From Mycobacterium sp. (lineage in GTDB: Bacteria > Actinomycetota > Actinomycetes > Mycobacteriales > Mycobacteriaceae): a stretch of 64,000 nucleotides of DNA. The notes under the pieces were generated by a model. It was given only the letters and a program-made list of their open reading frames with translations. It had not been told where the DNA came from and did no database searches. This document shows, one piece after another, positions 51,110 through 61,005 of the stretch. Position numbers and translations under genes: made by a program. Every line of letters starts with the position of its first letter. Position 1 is the first letter of the stretch. Location: assembly GCA_049608025.1 (NCBI GenBank), contig JBMYXC010000013.1; one strand, written 5' to 3'.

Positions 51110-52795
51110 GTGAGAAGCCGAGGGTTCCCGGGTCTGACTCAGTTTCAGGGGTACGAGAGGCGCTGGCTGCGAGCGGATCTGACAGCGGGCGTGACGGTGG
51201 CCGCATACCTGATTCCCCAGACGATGGCCTACGCCACCCTCGCCGGGCTGCCGCCGGTCACAGGTCTGTGGGCTGCGCTCGTCCCGCTTGCGGCCTACGC
51301 AGTGCTCGGATCGTCCCGGCAGCTGTCGGTGGGGCCCGAGGCCAGCACCACGGCCATGACCGCTGCCACCCTCGGGGTGATCGCCGACGGTGATGTCGCG
51401 CGTTACGCCGCGGCGGCGGCCGCGCTCGCACTGCTCGTCGGTGCCACCTGCCTGGCAGGCGGATTGCTGCGACTGGGTTTCCTCGCCGACCTGCTGTCGC
51501 GGCCGATACTTGTCGGCTATATGGCTGGCATTGCGCTGGTGATGATCGCCGGCCAGCTTTCAAAGATCACCGGGACTGAGGTAACGGGTCACGAATTCAT
51601 CTGGCAGACAAGCTCTTTTCTCAAGAACCTGGACGACGTACATTGGCTTACCCTGAGCTTGGCGTCTTTGGTGGTTGCAGTGCAACTCGTATTTGCCTGG
51701 CGGGCACCCCGCCTGCCTGGACCGCTGATCGCGGTTGTCCTTGCTGCGGTCGTGGTGATGGTGGGGTCATTGCAGACGCGAGGGATCGCGGTGGTCGGAT
51801 CCGTTCCCCCGGGCCTCCCGGGTGTCGCTCTTCCGGCTCTGCGCCTCGCCGATCTGGGGATGTTGCTGCTGCCCGCCATGGGCATCGCGATTGTGGCGTT
51901 CTCCGACAACGTGGTGACCGCGCGGGTTTTCGCTGCGCGCAGCGGTCTGGAGATCGACGCCAACGCCGAGATGCGGGCGCTGGGGATGTGCAATCTGGGT
52001 GCTGGGCTGACTCACGGTTTCCCGGTCAGTTCCAGTGGGAGCCGCACCGCCATCAGCTACTCCCTGGGCAGCCGCACGCAGCTCAATTCGTTGGTCACCC
52101 TCGGTGTGGTTCTGCTGGTGCTGACGTTCGGGGGCGGTTTGTTGTCGGCGGTGCCGCTGGCCGCCCTCGGGGCGCTGGTCCTCGTCGCGGCGTTGCAGCT
52201 GATCGATGTGTCGGAATTTCGCCGGTTGGCGCGTTTTCGCCGCAGCGAACTGATTCTTGCGGTCGCGACCACCGTTGCAGTGGTGAGCCTTGGGGTGCTC
52301 AACGGTGTGCTGGTCGCTGTGGGGCTGTCCATCCTGGACTTGTTGCGCCGGCTGGCTCGGGCGCACGACAGCGTTCTCGGTTTCGTCCCCGGGTTGCCGG
52401 GCATGCACGACATCGACGACTATCCGCGCGCGGAATTGGTGCCAGGCCTGGTGATTTACCGCTACGACGCCCCCTTGTGCTTCGCCAACGCCGAGGACTT
52501 CCGCAGGCGAGCATTGGCGGCCGTGGACGACTACCCGCAACCAGTGCAATGGTTCGTGCTCAACGCCGAAGCCAACTCCGAGGTCGATCTCACCGCGCTG
52601 GATGCGCTGCAGAGCCTGCGTATCGATCTGGGCAGGCGGGGCGTCACCTTTGCGATGGCCCGGGTCAAGCAGGATCTACGACACGCGTTGCAGACGGCCG
52701 GGATGCTCGATGCCATCGGGACCGATCGCATCTACCCGACGCTGCCCACCGCCGTGGCCGCGTTTCGGCGGCGGGATGGTGTCACCGAGGACTGA
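51110..52795 (+). CDS. SulP/SLC26 anion permease with STAS domain (Rv1739c-like)
   Basis: ADLTAGVTV....IPQ.MAYA.LAGLPP..GL, GSSRQLSVGP, SSSGSRT, YRYDAPLCFANA, D.TALDAL. Start uncertain (51050-51110). Confidence 0.93.
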   Translation: MRSRGFPGLTQFQGYERRWLRADLTAGVTVAAYLIPQTMAYATLAGLPPVTGLWAALVPLAAYAVLGSSRQLSVGPEASTTAMTAATLGVIADGDVARYAAAAAALALLVGATCLAGGLLRLGFLADLLSRPILVGYMAGIALVMIAGQLSKITGTEVTGHEFIWQTSSFLKNLDDVHWLTLSLASLVVAVQLVFAWRAPRLPGPLIAVVLAAVVVMVGSLQTRGIAVVGSVPPGLPGVALPALRLADLGMLLLPAMGIAIVAFSDNVVTARVFAARSGLEIDANAEMRALGMCNLGAGLTHGFPVSSSGSRTAISYSLGSRTQLNSLVTLGVVLLVLTFGGGLLSAVPLAALGALVLVAALQLIDVSEFRRLARFRRSELILAVATTVAVVSLGVLNGVLVAVGLSILDLLRRLARAHDSVLGFVPGLPGMHDIDDYPRAELVPGLVIYRYDAPLCFANAEDFRRRALAAVDDYPQPVQWFVLNAEANSEVDLTALDALQSLRIDLGRRGVTFAMARVKQDLRHALQTAGMLDAIGTDRIYPTLPTAVAAFRRRDGVTED

Positions 52796-52817
52796 CCGCA
52801 GAGTCGATCGAGCCGAC

Positions 52818-53258
52818 TCAATCGGTAGTTGCCTCGCGGTCGGGTTCGCGACTGAAACGGAACCGGCGACCGCTGATCCGTGTCGGTCGTATTCGGACGT
52901 AGTGCTCCTTGACCGTTCCGGTCCACGGAAGGAGTTGGGCGCTCTCAGCATCGGCGATCTCTTCTTCGGTGTGCAGGCTGCGGGCCATACCCTTGACGAT
53001 CACGCTCCATCCTTCGGATTCGCCGTAGTCGTCGGCCTCGAAGAGCACTTGCGTGTTGATGGCGCTGCTGACGAGCTTGGTTCCCTCCGCGGTGCGGAAC
53101 AGCACAGTGCGGCGTTGGACGGCGAAGTTGACGGGAAAGATCTCGGGCATACCATCGGCGCTGGTCACCAGCCGGCCCAGCGGAGCACCCGAGAGCAGTT
53201 GCCAGCACTCACTTTCGGGCAGAATCGTCACCGGACGGTCGGTGGCGTCCTTGCTCAT
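52818..53258 (-). CDS. Pyridoxamine 5'-phosphate oxidase family protein (Rv3129-like)
   Basis: ECWQLL....LGRLV, PEIFPVNF, FRTAEGTKL, V.FEADD, GWSVIVKG, ISGRRF. Confidence 0.9.
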   Translation of the reverse strand: MSKDATDRPVTILPESECWQLLSGAPLGRLVTSADGMPEIFPVNFAVQRRTVLFRTAEGTKLVSSAINTQVLFEADDYGESEGWSVIVKGMARSLHTEEEIADAESAQLLPWTGTVKEHYVRIRPTRISGRRFRFSREPDREATTD

Positions 53259-53342
53259 GGCGTACCCCAATCCTCCTGCGTTGTCCCGTTGATGTCGCAG
53301 GGCGTCGACAATCATGCTAACCACACGCCGCCCGCGTTTCGT

Positions 53343-53378
53343 GAGGCGTTGGTCCCCGCCGTACGGGACTTCGGTCCC
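53343..53378. promoter_or_regulatory. Primary and secondary DosR boxes
   Basis: GGG AC TTCG GT CCC (53365, near-consensus) and GAG GC GTTG GT CCC (53343), 22 bp apart. Confidence 0.8.
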
Positions 53379-53422
53379 TGGTGGATGCTCGGTGGCCGGG
53401 GGCAAACTCGAAGGCGTTCCTT

Positions 53423-53487
53423 GTCAACGAGAACGGTCAACGAGAACGGTCAACGAGAACGGTCAACGAGAACGGTCAACGAGAACG
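53423..53487. repeat. VNTR: five perfect copies of the 13-mer GTCAACGAGAACG
   Basis: Copies start at 53423, 53436, 53449, 53462 and 53475. Confidence 0.97.
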
Positions 53488-53503
53488 AGCCGAAGGTAGA
53501 TAC

Positions 53504-54520
53504 ATGGCTGCAGAGTTCCCCGATGACAACACCGTTCGTGCGGCGTTGATGTTGGCGACCCGTGCACCATCGGTACACAATTCACAGCCATGGCTTTGGC
53601 GGGTGGGACCGCACAGCCTGCATCTGTATGCAGACCCCGCGCAGCATCTGAAACACACCGATCCCGATCGGCGCGATTTCATCCTCAGCTGTGGGGCGGC
53701 CCTCGGTCATTGCGCTGTCGCCCTGGCCGCGATGGGCTGGCAGCCGATCATTCATCGGTTGCCGAATCCCGCTGAGCCCGATCACCTCGCCTCGATCACG
53801 GTGCGTCGCCACGCGGCGGGCGAGACCGATATCGCGTTGGCGGCCGCCATCGCCCAACGACGCACCGATCGACGCACCTTCAGTTCGCAACCGGTGCTCC
53901 TGGGCGACATCGCGTGGATGGGTGCCCGCGTCGCGCGGATGGGCGTGTCACTGCGCCGGGTAGAAACGACTACCGATTTCAAGGCGATTCTGACCCAGGC
54001 GGTGTGGCAGCATGCGCTCGACTCGGATTATGCGCAGGAGCTGACAGACTGGAGCGGCCGACATGCCGCGGACAGCGGGGTGCCGGCGCGGAATATTCCG
54101 GAGTCCGACCCGGTGTCGGCGGTGCCCTCGCGCGTCTTTGCCGCCAGCGCACTGAATCAGCCGACCGACGCGCCGCCCGCGTATGACAACGGTGTCCTGT
54201 TGGCGCTGGGAACCTCTGCCGACGACCGCCTGAGCAGATTGCGTGCCGGTGAGGCGACCAGTTCGGCGCTGCTCACCGCGACTTCGCGAGGACTGGCGAC
54301 CTGTCTGGTGTCGGAAGTGTTGGAGGTCCTGGAAACCCGGAGGATGCTGCGGTCGGAGATCTTCGATGATCGGTACTACCCGCAGATGCTGGTGCGGGTC
54401 GGATGGGCTCCCGCCGACGCCGATCGGGTGCCGGCAACCCCCCGGCGGCCGATCGCCGACCGGGTGAGGCGTCTCGACGGTGCGCCATTCGACGGGTTCG
54501 AGGGCGAGGATTCGGTCTAG
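53504..54520 (+). CDS. Acg-family FMN-binding nitroreductase-like protein (Rv3131-like)
   Basis: SD GAAGG at 53492; A.RAPSVHNSQPW.W, SCGAAL, I.QRRTDRR.F, L.AGEA.S..LL.AT..GLA, PQML.RVGW, TPRRP. Confidence 0.92.
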   Translation: MAAEFPDDNTVRAALMLATRAPSVHNSQPWLWRVGPHSLHLYADPAQHLKHTDPDRRDFILSCGAALGHCAVALAAMGWQPIIHRLPNPAEPDHLASITVRRHAAGETDIALAAAIAQRRTDRRTFSSQPVLLGDIAWMGARVARMGVSLRRVETTTDFKAILTQAVWQHALDSDYAQELTDWSGRHAADSGVPARNIPESDPVSAVPSRVFAASALNQPTDAPPAYDNGVLLALGTSADDRLSRLRAGEATSSALLTATSRGLATCLVSEVLEVLETRRMLRSEIFDDRYYPQMLVRVGWAPADADRVPATPRRPIADRVRRLDGAPFDGFEGEDSV

Positions 54521-54543
54521 AGGTTTCAGATGATCCAGGGGAT

Positions 54544-55257
54544 TTAAATGATCAGGCCCCAGGCCGCGGCGTAATGGCACAGCGCCGCAGCCACGGTGAA
54601 CGCGTGAAAGAGCTCGTGATGGCCGAAGGTCTGCGGCCACGGATTCGGCCAGCGAAAGCCGTAGAAAACGGCGCCGATGTTGTACAGCGCACCACCGAGG
54701 ACCAGCAGCGCGACCACGGCCAGACCCGCACCGGCCACCAGGGTTCCGGCGAACCAGATCGCTGAATAGCCGAGCATCAGATAGAGGGGCAACCCGACCC
54801 AACGGGGGGCCGACGGCCACGCCATCTTCAGTATGACGCCGGCGGCCGCGCCGATCCACACCAATGTGAGAACTTGGGCACCAATGGGCGCCGGCATCGC
54901 CAACAGCGCGAACGGAGTGTAGGTGGCCGCGATGAATACGAAGATCACCGAATGGTCGAGCCGCTTCATCCACTTCCGGGCGGCCGTGGAGCGCCAATGC
55001 ACCCGGTGATAGGCGGCGCTGATTCCGAACATGGCCACGATGCCCAGGGCATAGATCAGGGTGGCCCAGCCGGCCTTGGGGGACACGGTGACCCACGCGA
55101 TGGGCACCAGTGCCGCGCCGGCCACAACCGCGGTGGCGGCCGCATAGACGTGAATCCAGCCCCGGGCGCGCGGCGTGTGGAGCAGCTCGGCGATGGTGTC
55201 GGCTGCTTGCTTGGCAGCAAGCGCCGGAGCCGGCACAGCAGCTGGCCGGTGGGTCAC
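54544..55257 (-). CDS. Hemolysin III / PAQR family membrane protein
   Basis: PRARGWIH, MFGISAAYH, RLDHS.IF.FIA.TYTPF, GG.LY..GA.FY, FGHHE.FH. Confidence 0.93.
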   Translation of the reverse strand: MTHRPAAVPAPALAAKQAADTIAELLHTPRARGWIHVYAAATAVVAGAALVPIAWVTVSPKAGWATLIYALGIVAMFGISAAYHRVHWRSTAARKWMKRLDHSVIFVFIAATYTPFALLAMPAPIGAQVLTLVWIGAAAGVILKMAWPSAPRWVGLPLYLMLGYSAIWFAGTLVAGAGLAVVALLVLGGALYNIGAVFYGFRWPNPWPQTFGHHELFHAFTVAAALCHYAAAWGLII

Positions 55258-55448
55258 CTGGTGCTCGTCGGCGATAGACGTTTCGTCACGACGCCTCCAT
55301 AGTTGATGCCGGTCGCCAGCATAGGGTCCGTGCTGCGGTTTTTGCGCGAGCGCCGCGTCGAGTCAGGTTCGAGCCGGGTTCGCCGATCCAGGGTTCGAAG
55401 TCCGCAATCCCCCCACAAGGCGGCGTCGGCGGCCTACGGTTCGATTCG

Positions 55449-57497
55449 ATGGATCCCAGCTCGTCGAAGGCGCCCGCCAATGCGTCGACCGTGGTCGACA
55501 GCGCCCCGGCTTCTGGACCCTCGACAGGGCAGCCCTTCGAGCCGCGGGTCGATGACCAGGAAAAACCTAGCCGCCAATTGCATGGATGGACCAACCGACT
55601 GGTTGCCGTCGTCGCGTTCGCGGTCGCGGTGCTCACCATCTGGCAGGTGTTCCGCCCGTTGTCCGAGGGCAGCCAGTACTACCTGATCGTGTTCCTGGCC
55701 GGCACACTTCCGCTGGTGTACCTGGTCTACAGGTCCGGATTGCCCCGATTCGATCCGCAGGACCGTCCCGGTGCACTCGATTGGCTCCTTGCCGCGATAA
55801 CTCTGCTGGTGTGCCTATACCCGCTGCTCCCTGTCCCGATCGGCGCCGGCGGTGGCGGTTACAACGCCTTCCTGGACCGGCAGGGGCTGCTCGCCCCGAC
55901 CGACGTGGTGATGGGCGCGCTGCTGCTCGTGCTGGTACTCGAGGCCTGCCGGCGCACCACGGGCTGGGCGCTGCCCATCGTGTGCGGGGTGTTCCTGGGC
56001 TACGGCTACTACGGCGGCCTGCTCCCGCAGGGGTGGGCCATCGCCCATGCCGGGCTGGACTTCGACCAGATCATCGACGCGCTCTACAACTCCGGCAGTG
56101 GCTTCTTCGGGACCCCGCTGGACGTGGCCGCCACCTACATCGTGCTCTTCACCATCTATGGCGCGGTACTCGAGCGCTCCGGTGGTGCGCGATTCTTCGT
56201 GAACCTGTCGGTGGCCGCCTTCCGGCGCTCGCGCAGCGCCGCGGGGCGTACCACCGTGGCGTCCGGATTCCTGCTCGGCACCGTCTCGGGTTCGGGCACC
56301 GCCACCGCCGTCAGCGTCGGCGCGGTCACCTGGCCGATCATGCGGCAGGCCGGCTACACCCCCGAACGTGCCGGCGGAGTGCTGGCGGCTGCCGGAGTCG
56401 GCGCCCTGCTGTCACCGCCGACCCTGGGGGCCGCCGCATTCATCGTCGCCGAATACCTCCAAGTCTCCTACCTGACGGTGCTGGGCTGGGCCACGATCCC
56501 GACCCTTCTGTACTACCTCGGTATTCTGCTGGCCGTCGAGATCGACGCCCGCCGATTGGGTATGCGCGCAGCCCACCTCGACGCTGATTCGCCGTGGAAG
56601 TTGCTCGCCCGCTTCGGATATCACTTCTCATCGCTGATCGCGATCATCGTCCTGCTCGCCGTCGGAATGTCGGCGACGCGAGCCGTCGTCTACGCCACGG
56701 CACTGGCCTTCCTGCTTTCCTTCTTGGATCGACGTAACTCGATGAGGCCGCGCCGACTCTTCGACGCGCTGAGCGCCGGCGTCAGGGGAGTGCTCCCGGT
56801 CGTCGCGGTGTGCGCCGCGGCGGGCGTGATCACGGCGATGACCACAAAAACTGGTCTCGGAGCCCAGTTTTCCTCCGTGCTGGTCGGTGGTGTCGACGCG
56901 ATCACCGACAACCGCACGGTCACGCTGGCGCTGACGGCGGTGTTCGCCGCGGTCGCGCTGGCGGTGCTGGGACTGGCAATTCCGGTGACCGCGTCGTTCG
57001 TCATCGGGTGGGTCATTATCGGCCCGGCCCTGCTGGCGCTCGACGTCCCCGCCCCCGCGGCCGCCATGTTCGTCTTCTACTATTCGGTGCTTTCCGAGGT
57101 CACGCCACCGACCGCGCTCGCGGCAGTCGGTGCGTCTGCGGTCACCGGCGGCCGGGCGATCCCGACCATGTGGCAGACACTGCGCTATGCCGCACCGGCG
57201 TTTCTGGTTCCCATCGTGTTCGTCCTCACCGGTCCCGGCGAGTACCTGTTGGGGCGTGGACCGGCGATCGGCGTGCTGTGGGCCTCCGCGGCAGCGTGCG
57301 CGGGGATCGTGGCGCTGTCCTTTGCCGTCGGCGGGTGGGCGCTCGGTGTCGGCGCGATGCGACCGATTGCCCGGATTCTCACCGCGATAGCAGCCATGCT
57401 GTTGCTATTCCTCGATCCCGTCACCATCGCGGCGGGATCGGCGTGTCTGCTCGCTGCAGTTGCGTTCACCATCATCGACGGAAGGAGAAGGGCATGA
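55449..57497 (+). CDS. TRAP transporter fused permease (TAXI-associated)
   Basis: EACRR.TGW.LP, G.FGTPL.VAA.YI.LF..YGA, G.VSGS..A, G..LSPP.LGAAAFI.AE, SEVTPP.ALAA. Confidence 0.92.
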   Translation: MDPSSSKAPANASTVVDSAPASGPSTGQPFEPRVDDQEKPSRQLHGWTNRLVAVVAFAVAVLTIWQVFRPLSEGSQYYLIVFLAGTLPLVYLVYRSGLPRFDPQDRPGALDWLLAAITLLVCLYPLLPVPIGAGGGGYNAFLDRQGLLAPTDVVMGALLLVLVLEACRRTTGWALPIVCGVFLGYGYYGGLLPQGWAIAHAGLDFDQIIDALYNSGSGFFGTPLDVAATYIVLFTIYGAVLERSGGARFFVNLSVAAFRRSRSAAGRTTVASGFLLGTVSGSGTATAVSVGAVTWPIMRQAGYTPERAGGVLAAAGVGALLSPPTLGAAAFIVAEYLQVSYLTVLGWATIPTLLYYLGILLAVEIDARRLGMRAAHLDADSPWKLLARFGYHFSSLIAIIVLLAVGMSATRAVVYATALAFLLSFLDRRNSMRPRRLFDALSAGVRGVLPVVAVCAAAGVITAMTTKTGLGAQFSSVLVGGVDAITDNRTVTLALTAVFAAVALAVLGLAIPVTASFVIGWVIIGPALLALDVPAPAAAMFVFYYSVLSEVTPPTALAAVGASAVTGGRAIPTMWQTLRYAAPAFLVPIVFVLTGPGEYLLGRGPAIGVLWASAAACAGIVALSFAVGGWALGVGAMRPIARILTAIAAMLLLFLDPVTIAAGSACLLAAVAFTIIDGRRRA

Positions 57498-58516
57498 GAA
57501 GTGCGATTGGGGGGGCTTGCGCGGCATTCGCGGCGCTGCTGCTGACCGGGATCACGGCCACGGGTTGCGGGGGCAGGCAGGATGCACCGAGTGCCGACTC
57601 GGGAGGTGAGATCATCTGCGAGGTCGGCGCCGAAACGCGGGTGAGTATCGCGACCGGTAACGCCACGGGTGTGTACTTCTCGCTCGGGAACGCCTATGCG
57701 GAGCAGATCTCGGCCGCCACGGTCGGCAGGGTGAAGGCCACCGCCGCCGAGACCGGGGCCTCGGTGCAGAACATCCGGCAACTCGTCGACGGCAGCTACC
57801 AATTGGCGTTCTCACTCGCCGATACCGCCGCCGACGCCGTCGAGGGCAAGGCGAGCTTCGACGGGGAGAAGCAACCCGTGGAGGCCCTTTCGCGCATCTA
57901 TCCCAACTACACCCAGGTGATCGCCAGGACCGACGCCGGCATCACCTCTATCGCAGACATGCGCGGCAAGCGGATCTCCACCGGCTCACCGGGCTCGGGA
58001 ACCGAGGTCATCGCCAGACGACTGCTCGAATCGGCGGGCCTGGACCCGGAGTCCGACGTCGCCGCTCAGCGATTGAACCTCACCAAGACCGTCGACGGGA
58101 TGAAGGACGGCTCGATAGATGCGTTGTTCTGGTCCGGTGGGCTGCCGACTCCAGGAATCACCGACCTGGTCACCTCGGCACGCAATGACGTTGTCTTCCT
58201 GGACATCACCCCCCAATTGGCCACGATGCAAGAGGTCAGCCCGGCCTACGAAGAGGGTGTGATTCCGGCCGCCGCCTACGGTCTGCCCGGCGACGTCAAG
58301 ACCATCGTCGTGGCGAACATGCTGCTGGTTCGCGACGACCTCGACGCCAACCTGGCCTGCGTGCTCACCAAGATTCTGTTCGAGCGGCAGCCGAAATTGG
58401 CGCAGGTGGTCAGCGCGGCCAAAGGCATCAGCTTGGACACCGCACGCGACACCGACCCGGTGCCGCTCAACCGTGGCGCCGAACGGGCGCTGGATGACTT
58501 CAACGCCGCGAAGTAG
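57494..58516 (+). CDS. TAXI family TRAP solute-binding lipoprotein
   Basis: ATGA overlap; lipobox ITATGC; IATG...GVYF.LG, T.ASV.N, GKRISTGSPGSGTE, G.IDA.FW.GG.P, P...GA..A. Confidence 0.92.
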   Translation: MRSAIGGACAAFAALLLTGITATGCGGRQDAPSADSGGEIICEVGAETRVSIATGNATGVYFSLGNAYAEQISAATVGRVKATAAETGASVQNIRQLVDGSYQLAFSLADTAADAVEGKASFDGEKQPVEALSRIYPNYTQVIARTDAGITSIADMRGKRISTGSPGSGTEVIARRLLESAGLDPESDVAAQRLNLTKTVDGMKDGSIDALFWSGGLPTPGITDLVTSARNDVVFLDITPQLATMQEVSPAYEEGVIPAAAYGLPGDVKTIVVANMLLVRDDLDANLACVLTKILFERQPKLAQVVSAAKGISLDTARDTDPVPLNRGAERALDDFNAAK

Positions 58517-58565
58517 CCTCTGAGTCAACGGATCTGCCAGTGAACCCCCGGTAGGTGTCGGAGAC

Positions 58566-58619
58566 GGCCCCGCGGGGCCTCCCGGCGGGTAACCTTCAGT
58601 GCCATGATCAGTGCCATGA
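58566..58619. repeat. Perfect 14-bp palindrome GGCCCCGCGGGGCC plus 12-bp tandem TCAGTGCCATGA x2
   Basis: Palindrome at 58566-58579; tandem copies at 58596 and 58608. Confidence 0.75.
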
Positions 58620-58644
58620 CCGCAGATGCGTTCACGGTGGCGCC

Positions 58645-59601
58645 ATGAGCGCAGGTCTGTTCGCGCTCCTCGACGATGTCGCAGTACTGGCGCGATTGGC
58701 GGCCGCCTCGGTCGATGACATTGGCGCAGCCGCGGGTCGTGCCACTGCAAAGGCCGCCGGTGTCGTCATCGACGACACCGCGGTGACACCGCAGTACGTC
58801 CATGGCGTCGCCGCCGAGCGCGAACTCCCGATGATCAAGCGCATCGCCATCGGATCACTGCGCAACAAGATCGTCTTCATCCTGCCGGCCGCGCTGCTGC
58901 TCAGTCAGTTCGCGCCGTGGCTGCTGACGCCGATTCTGATGCTCGGAGCCACCTACCTGTGCTACGAGGGTGCTGAGAAGGTACTCACCAAGTTGCTGCG
59001 ACACGACACCGACAAGGCGCAGCGCGCGCCGGTGGTCACCGTCGGTCCGGACGCCGAGCGCTACATGGTCACCGGTGCGATCCGCACGGACTTCATCTTG
59101 TCCGCCGAGATCATGGTGATCGCTCTCAACGAGGTGGCCGACCAATCGTTCCTGCCGCGCCTGATCATCATGCTCGTGGTCGCTGTGCTGATCACCCTGG
59201 CGGTATACGGCGTCGTTGCCGGCATCGTGAAAATGGACGATATCGGTCTGAGCCTCGCCCAGCGGTCTTCGAAGTTCGTCAAGAAGGTCGGTCGCGGCCT
59301 GGTCGCCGGTATGCCCAAGTTGCTGTCGGCGCTGTCGGTCGTGGGCACGGTGGCGATGCTCTGGGTTGGCGGGCACATCCTGCTGGTCGGAACCGGAGAA
59401 CTGGGTTGGCAGGGGCTCTACGCGCTGGTCCATCACGCCGAGGGGTTGGTGGATCACCTCGCCGGAGTCGGCGGTGTGCTGGCCTGGGTGGTCAACACGA
59501 CGGCCTCGGCGGTCATCGGGCTGATCGTTGGCACGGTTGTGGTCGCGGTCATGCACCTGCTGCCGTTCGGCTCCAAGAACAAGCACGCCGCGACCGACTG
59601 A
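58645..59601 (+). CDS. DUF808 (YedI-like) membrane protein
   Basis: MSAGLFALLDD, KAAGVVIDD.AVTP.YV, RELP....IA.GSL.NK, EGAEK, GAIRTDFILSAEIM, VK.DD.G. Confidence 0.92.
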   Translation: MSAGLFALLDDVAVLARLAAASVDDIGAAAGRATAKAAGVVIDDTAVTPQYVHGVAAERELPMIKRIAIGSLRNKIVFILPAALLLSQFAPWLLTPILMLGATYLCYEGAEKVLTKLLRHDTDKAQRAPVVTVGPDAERYMVTGAIRTDFILSAEIMVIALNEVADQSFLPRLIIMLVVAVLITLAVYGVVAGIVKMDDIGLSLAQRSSKFVKKVGRGLVAGMPKLLSALSVVGTVAMLWVGGHILLVGTGELGWQGLYALVHHAEGLVDHLAGVGGVLAWVVNTTASAVIGLIVGTVVVAVMHLLPFGSKNKHAATD

Positions 59602-59608
59602 ACCGACC

Positions 59609-60643
59609 TCAGTCCGGCCGCAGGCTCCCGACGCTCTGCCCGTCGTGCAGGGCGAGCATCGCCGAAACTGCCTCGCAGGTGACCAAACCGTCGTTCTCCG
59701 TCAGTTCGTCCACGATTGCGTAACTTGCCGCAATGTTCGCTGAGGTATCGACGATCAGCGTGCTCACCGGCACGTGCCGGGCCAATTGAAGGAAGCGATC
59801 GCCGTGGGGCCGCCTGGTGCCTAGGTATCCCCACATACCGCGCAACACGGTGGCACCGCTTGCGTGGTCGGAGTCCTTGAGTCGCTCGATCAATGCCCGG
59901 TGGATTGGCTGACCATCGATCCGGGTGTCTTCGGAGGTACGCACCGTTAGTTTCTGGAACGGACTGACCTGAGCTAGTTCTCCGGGGTCGGCGAGCTGCT
60001 GGCCGCGGTTCTTACACACCAGCACCTGGTCGACCGTGAACAACGGATCGGGCAGAATCCCGCGCAACTCTTCGACCGCCTCGGCCGCCTGCGTAAGGGT
60101 GCCTACCCCGGAGATCAGCAACGGTACTTCGGAATTGCTGCCGAAGAACTGCGCCCGACGACGCTGACCGGCCACGGTGCCGTCGACCCCGAGGAGCACT
60201 TCGGCCGCGGCGAATCCGTGACGGTGCAGCACATCACATACCGCCATGTAGCCGGGCCTTCCGGCGATGCGATGTTTGCGGCCAAGGTACACCCACAGGC
60301 GCACATCCATGGGTTGCCCGGGCAGTGTGCTCGGCAGGCCGAGGTCCCGCCGCAGGGTGATCACCCCGCGGTTGGTCATTGCCGACACCGAATCGGTCAG
60401 CGGGAGAATCCGCTCTGGGCGATCGATAGCGTAGACCGTCACCGGAGCGTTCTCGGCCATGCTCAGCGTGCGGTCGCTGAGCGCGACGTTGGAGACACCG
60501 AAACCGGCGATGCCGCGCAACAACACGCTGGCGGCGATTCCCCGGTCATGGAACAGCTCCAGCATCTCCTCGGCCAGGAACCGGTCCTTGGTGCGTTCCA
60601 GTTCAGCGAAATAGGCTGTCAAGGTGAGAGTTTCGTTGCTCAC
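59609..60643 (-). CDS. DUF190 domain protein (Rv3071-like, repeated P-II-like domains)
   Basis: GTGA overlap with crcB; ASVLLRGI.GFG, ATVLRGMWG..G, PV.T.IVD. Confidence 0.85.
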   Translation of the reverse strand: MSNETLTLTAYFAELERTKDRFLAEEMLELFHDRGIAASVLLRGIAGFGVSNVALSDRTLSMAENAPVTVYAIDRPERILPLTDSVSAMTNRGVITLRRDLGLPSTLPGQPMDVRLWVYLGRKHRIAGRPGYMAVCDVLHRHGFAAAEVLLGVDGTVAGQRRRAQFFGSNSEVPLLISGVGTLTQAAEAVEELRGILPDPLFTVDQVLVCKNRGQQLADPGELAQVSPFQKLTVRTSEDTRIDGQPIHRALIERLKDSDHASGATVLRGMWGYLGTRRPHGDRFLQLARHVPVSTLIVDTSANIAASYAIVDELTENDGLVTCEAVSAMLALHDGQSVGSLRPD

Positions 60644-61005
60644 AGGCTCGCCCCCAGGGTCTGGCCCAGCCAGGCGGCGGGCAGTCCCAGCGCGATGCTC
60701 ACCACGATGTTGGCCACCGCAGACCAGTTCTGGCGCTCCTCGGTAAGGCGCTGCGTCTCGAACATCCACGTGGAGAAGGTGGTGTACGACCCGCAGAAGG
60801 CGGTCCCGGCCAGTATCGCCACGTGCGGGCTGAACGCCAACCCTGCGACGAAGCCCAGCAATGCTGCACCGCTGATGTTGACGACAAGCGTGCCGACCGG
60901 AAACGGCCCTGACGCCCGTCGGGAGATCTCGCGGTCGACGAAGAACCGCAGCATCGCGCCGAATCCGCCGATGACGAACACGCCTACCCAGACCAGTGCC
61001 GTCAT
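60640..61005 (-). CDS. crcB: Fluoride channel Fluc/CrcB, second subunit
   Basis: [31 protein letters not shown]. Confidence 0.93.
   Translation of the reverse strand: MTALVWVGVFVIGGFGAMLRFFVDREISRRASGPFPVGTLVVNISGAALLGFVAGLAFSPHVAILAGTAFCGSYTTFSTWMFETQRLTEERQNWSAVANIVVSIALGLPAAWLGQTLGASL

Noticed and set aside
53423-53487. CRISPR array
   Set aside because: The 13-bp units are contiguous with no spacers, and there are no cas genes.
53381-53503. N-terminal repeat extension of the Acg protein (ORF track start 53381)
   Set aside because: The SD and family homology point to ATG 53504; a 13-bp unit is not a codon multiple, so the repeat peptide is incidental.
54544-55257. Hemolysin as a virulence toxin
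   Set aside because: HlyIII/PAQR proteins are widespread membrane proteins; nothing in the sequence indicates a secreted toxin.
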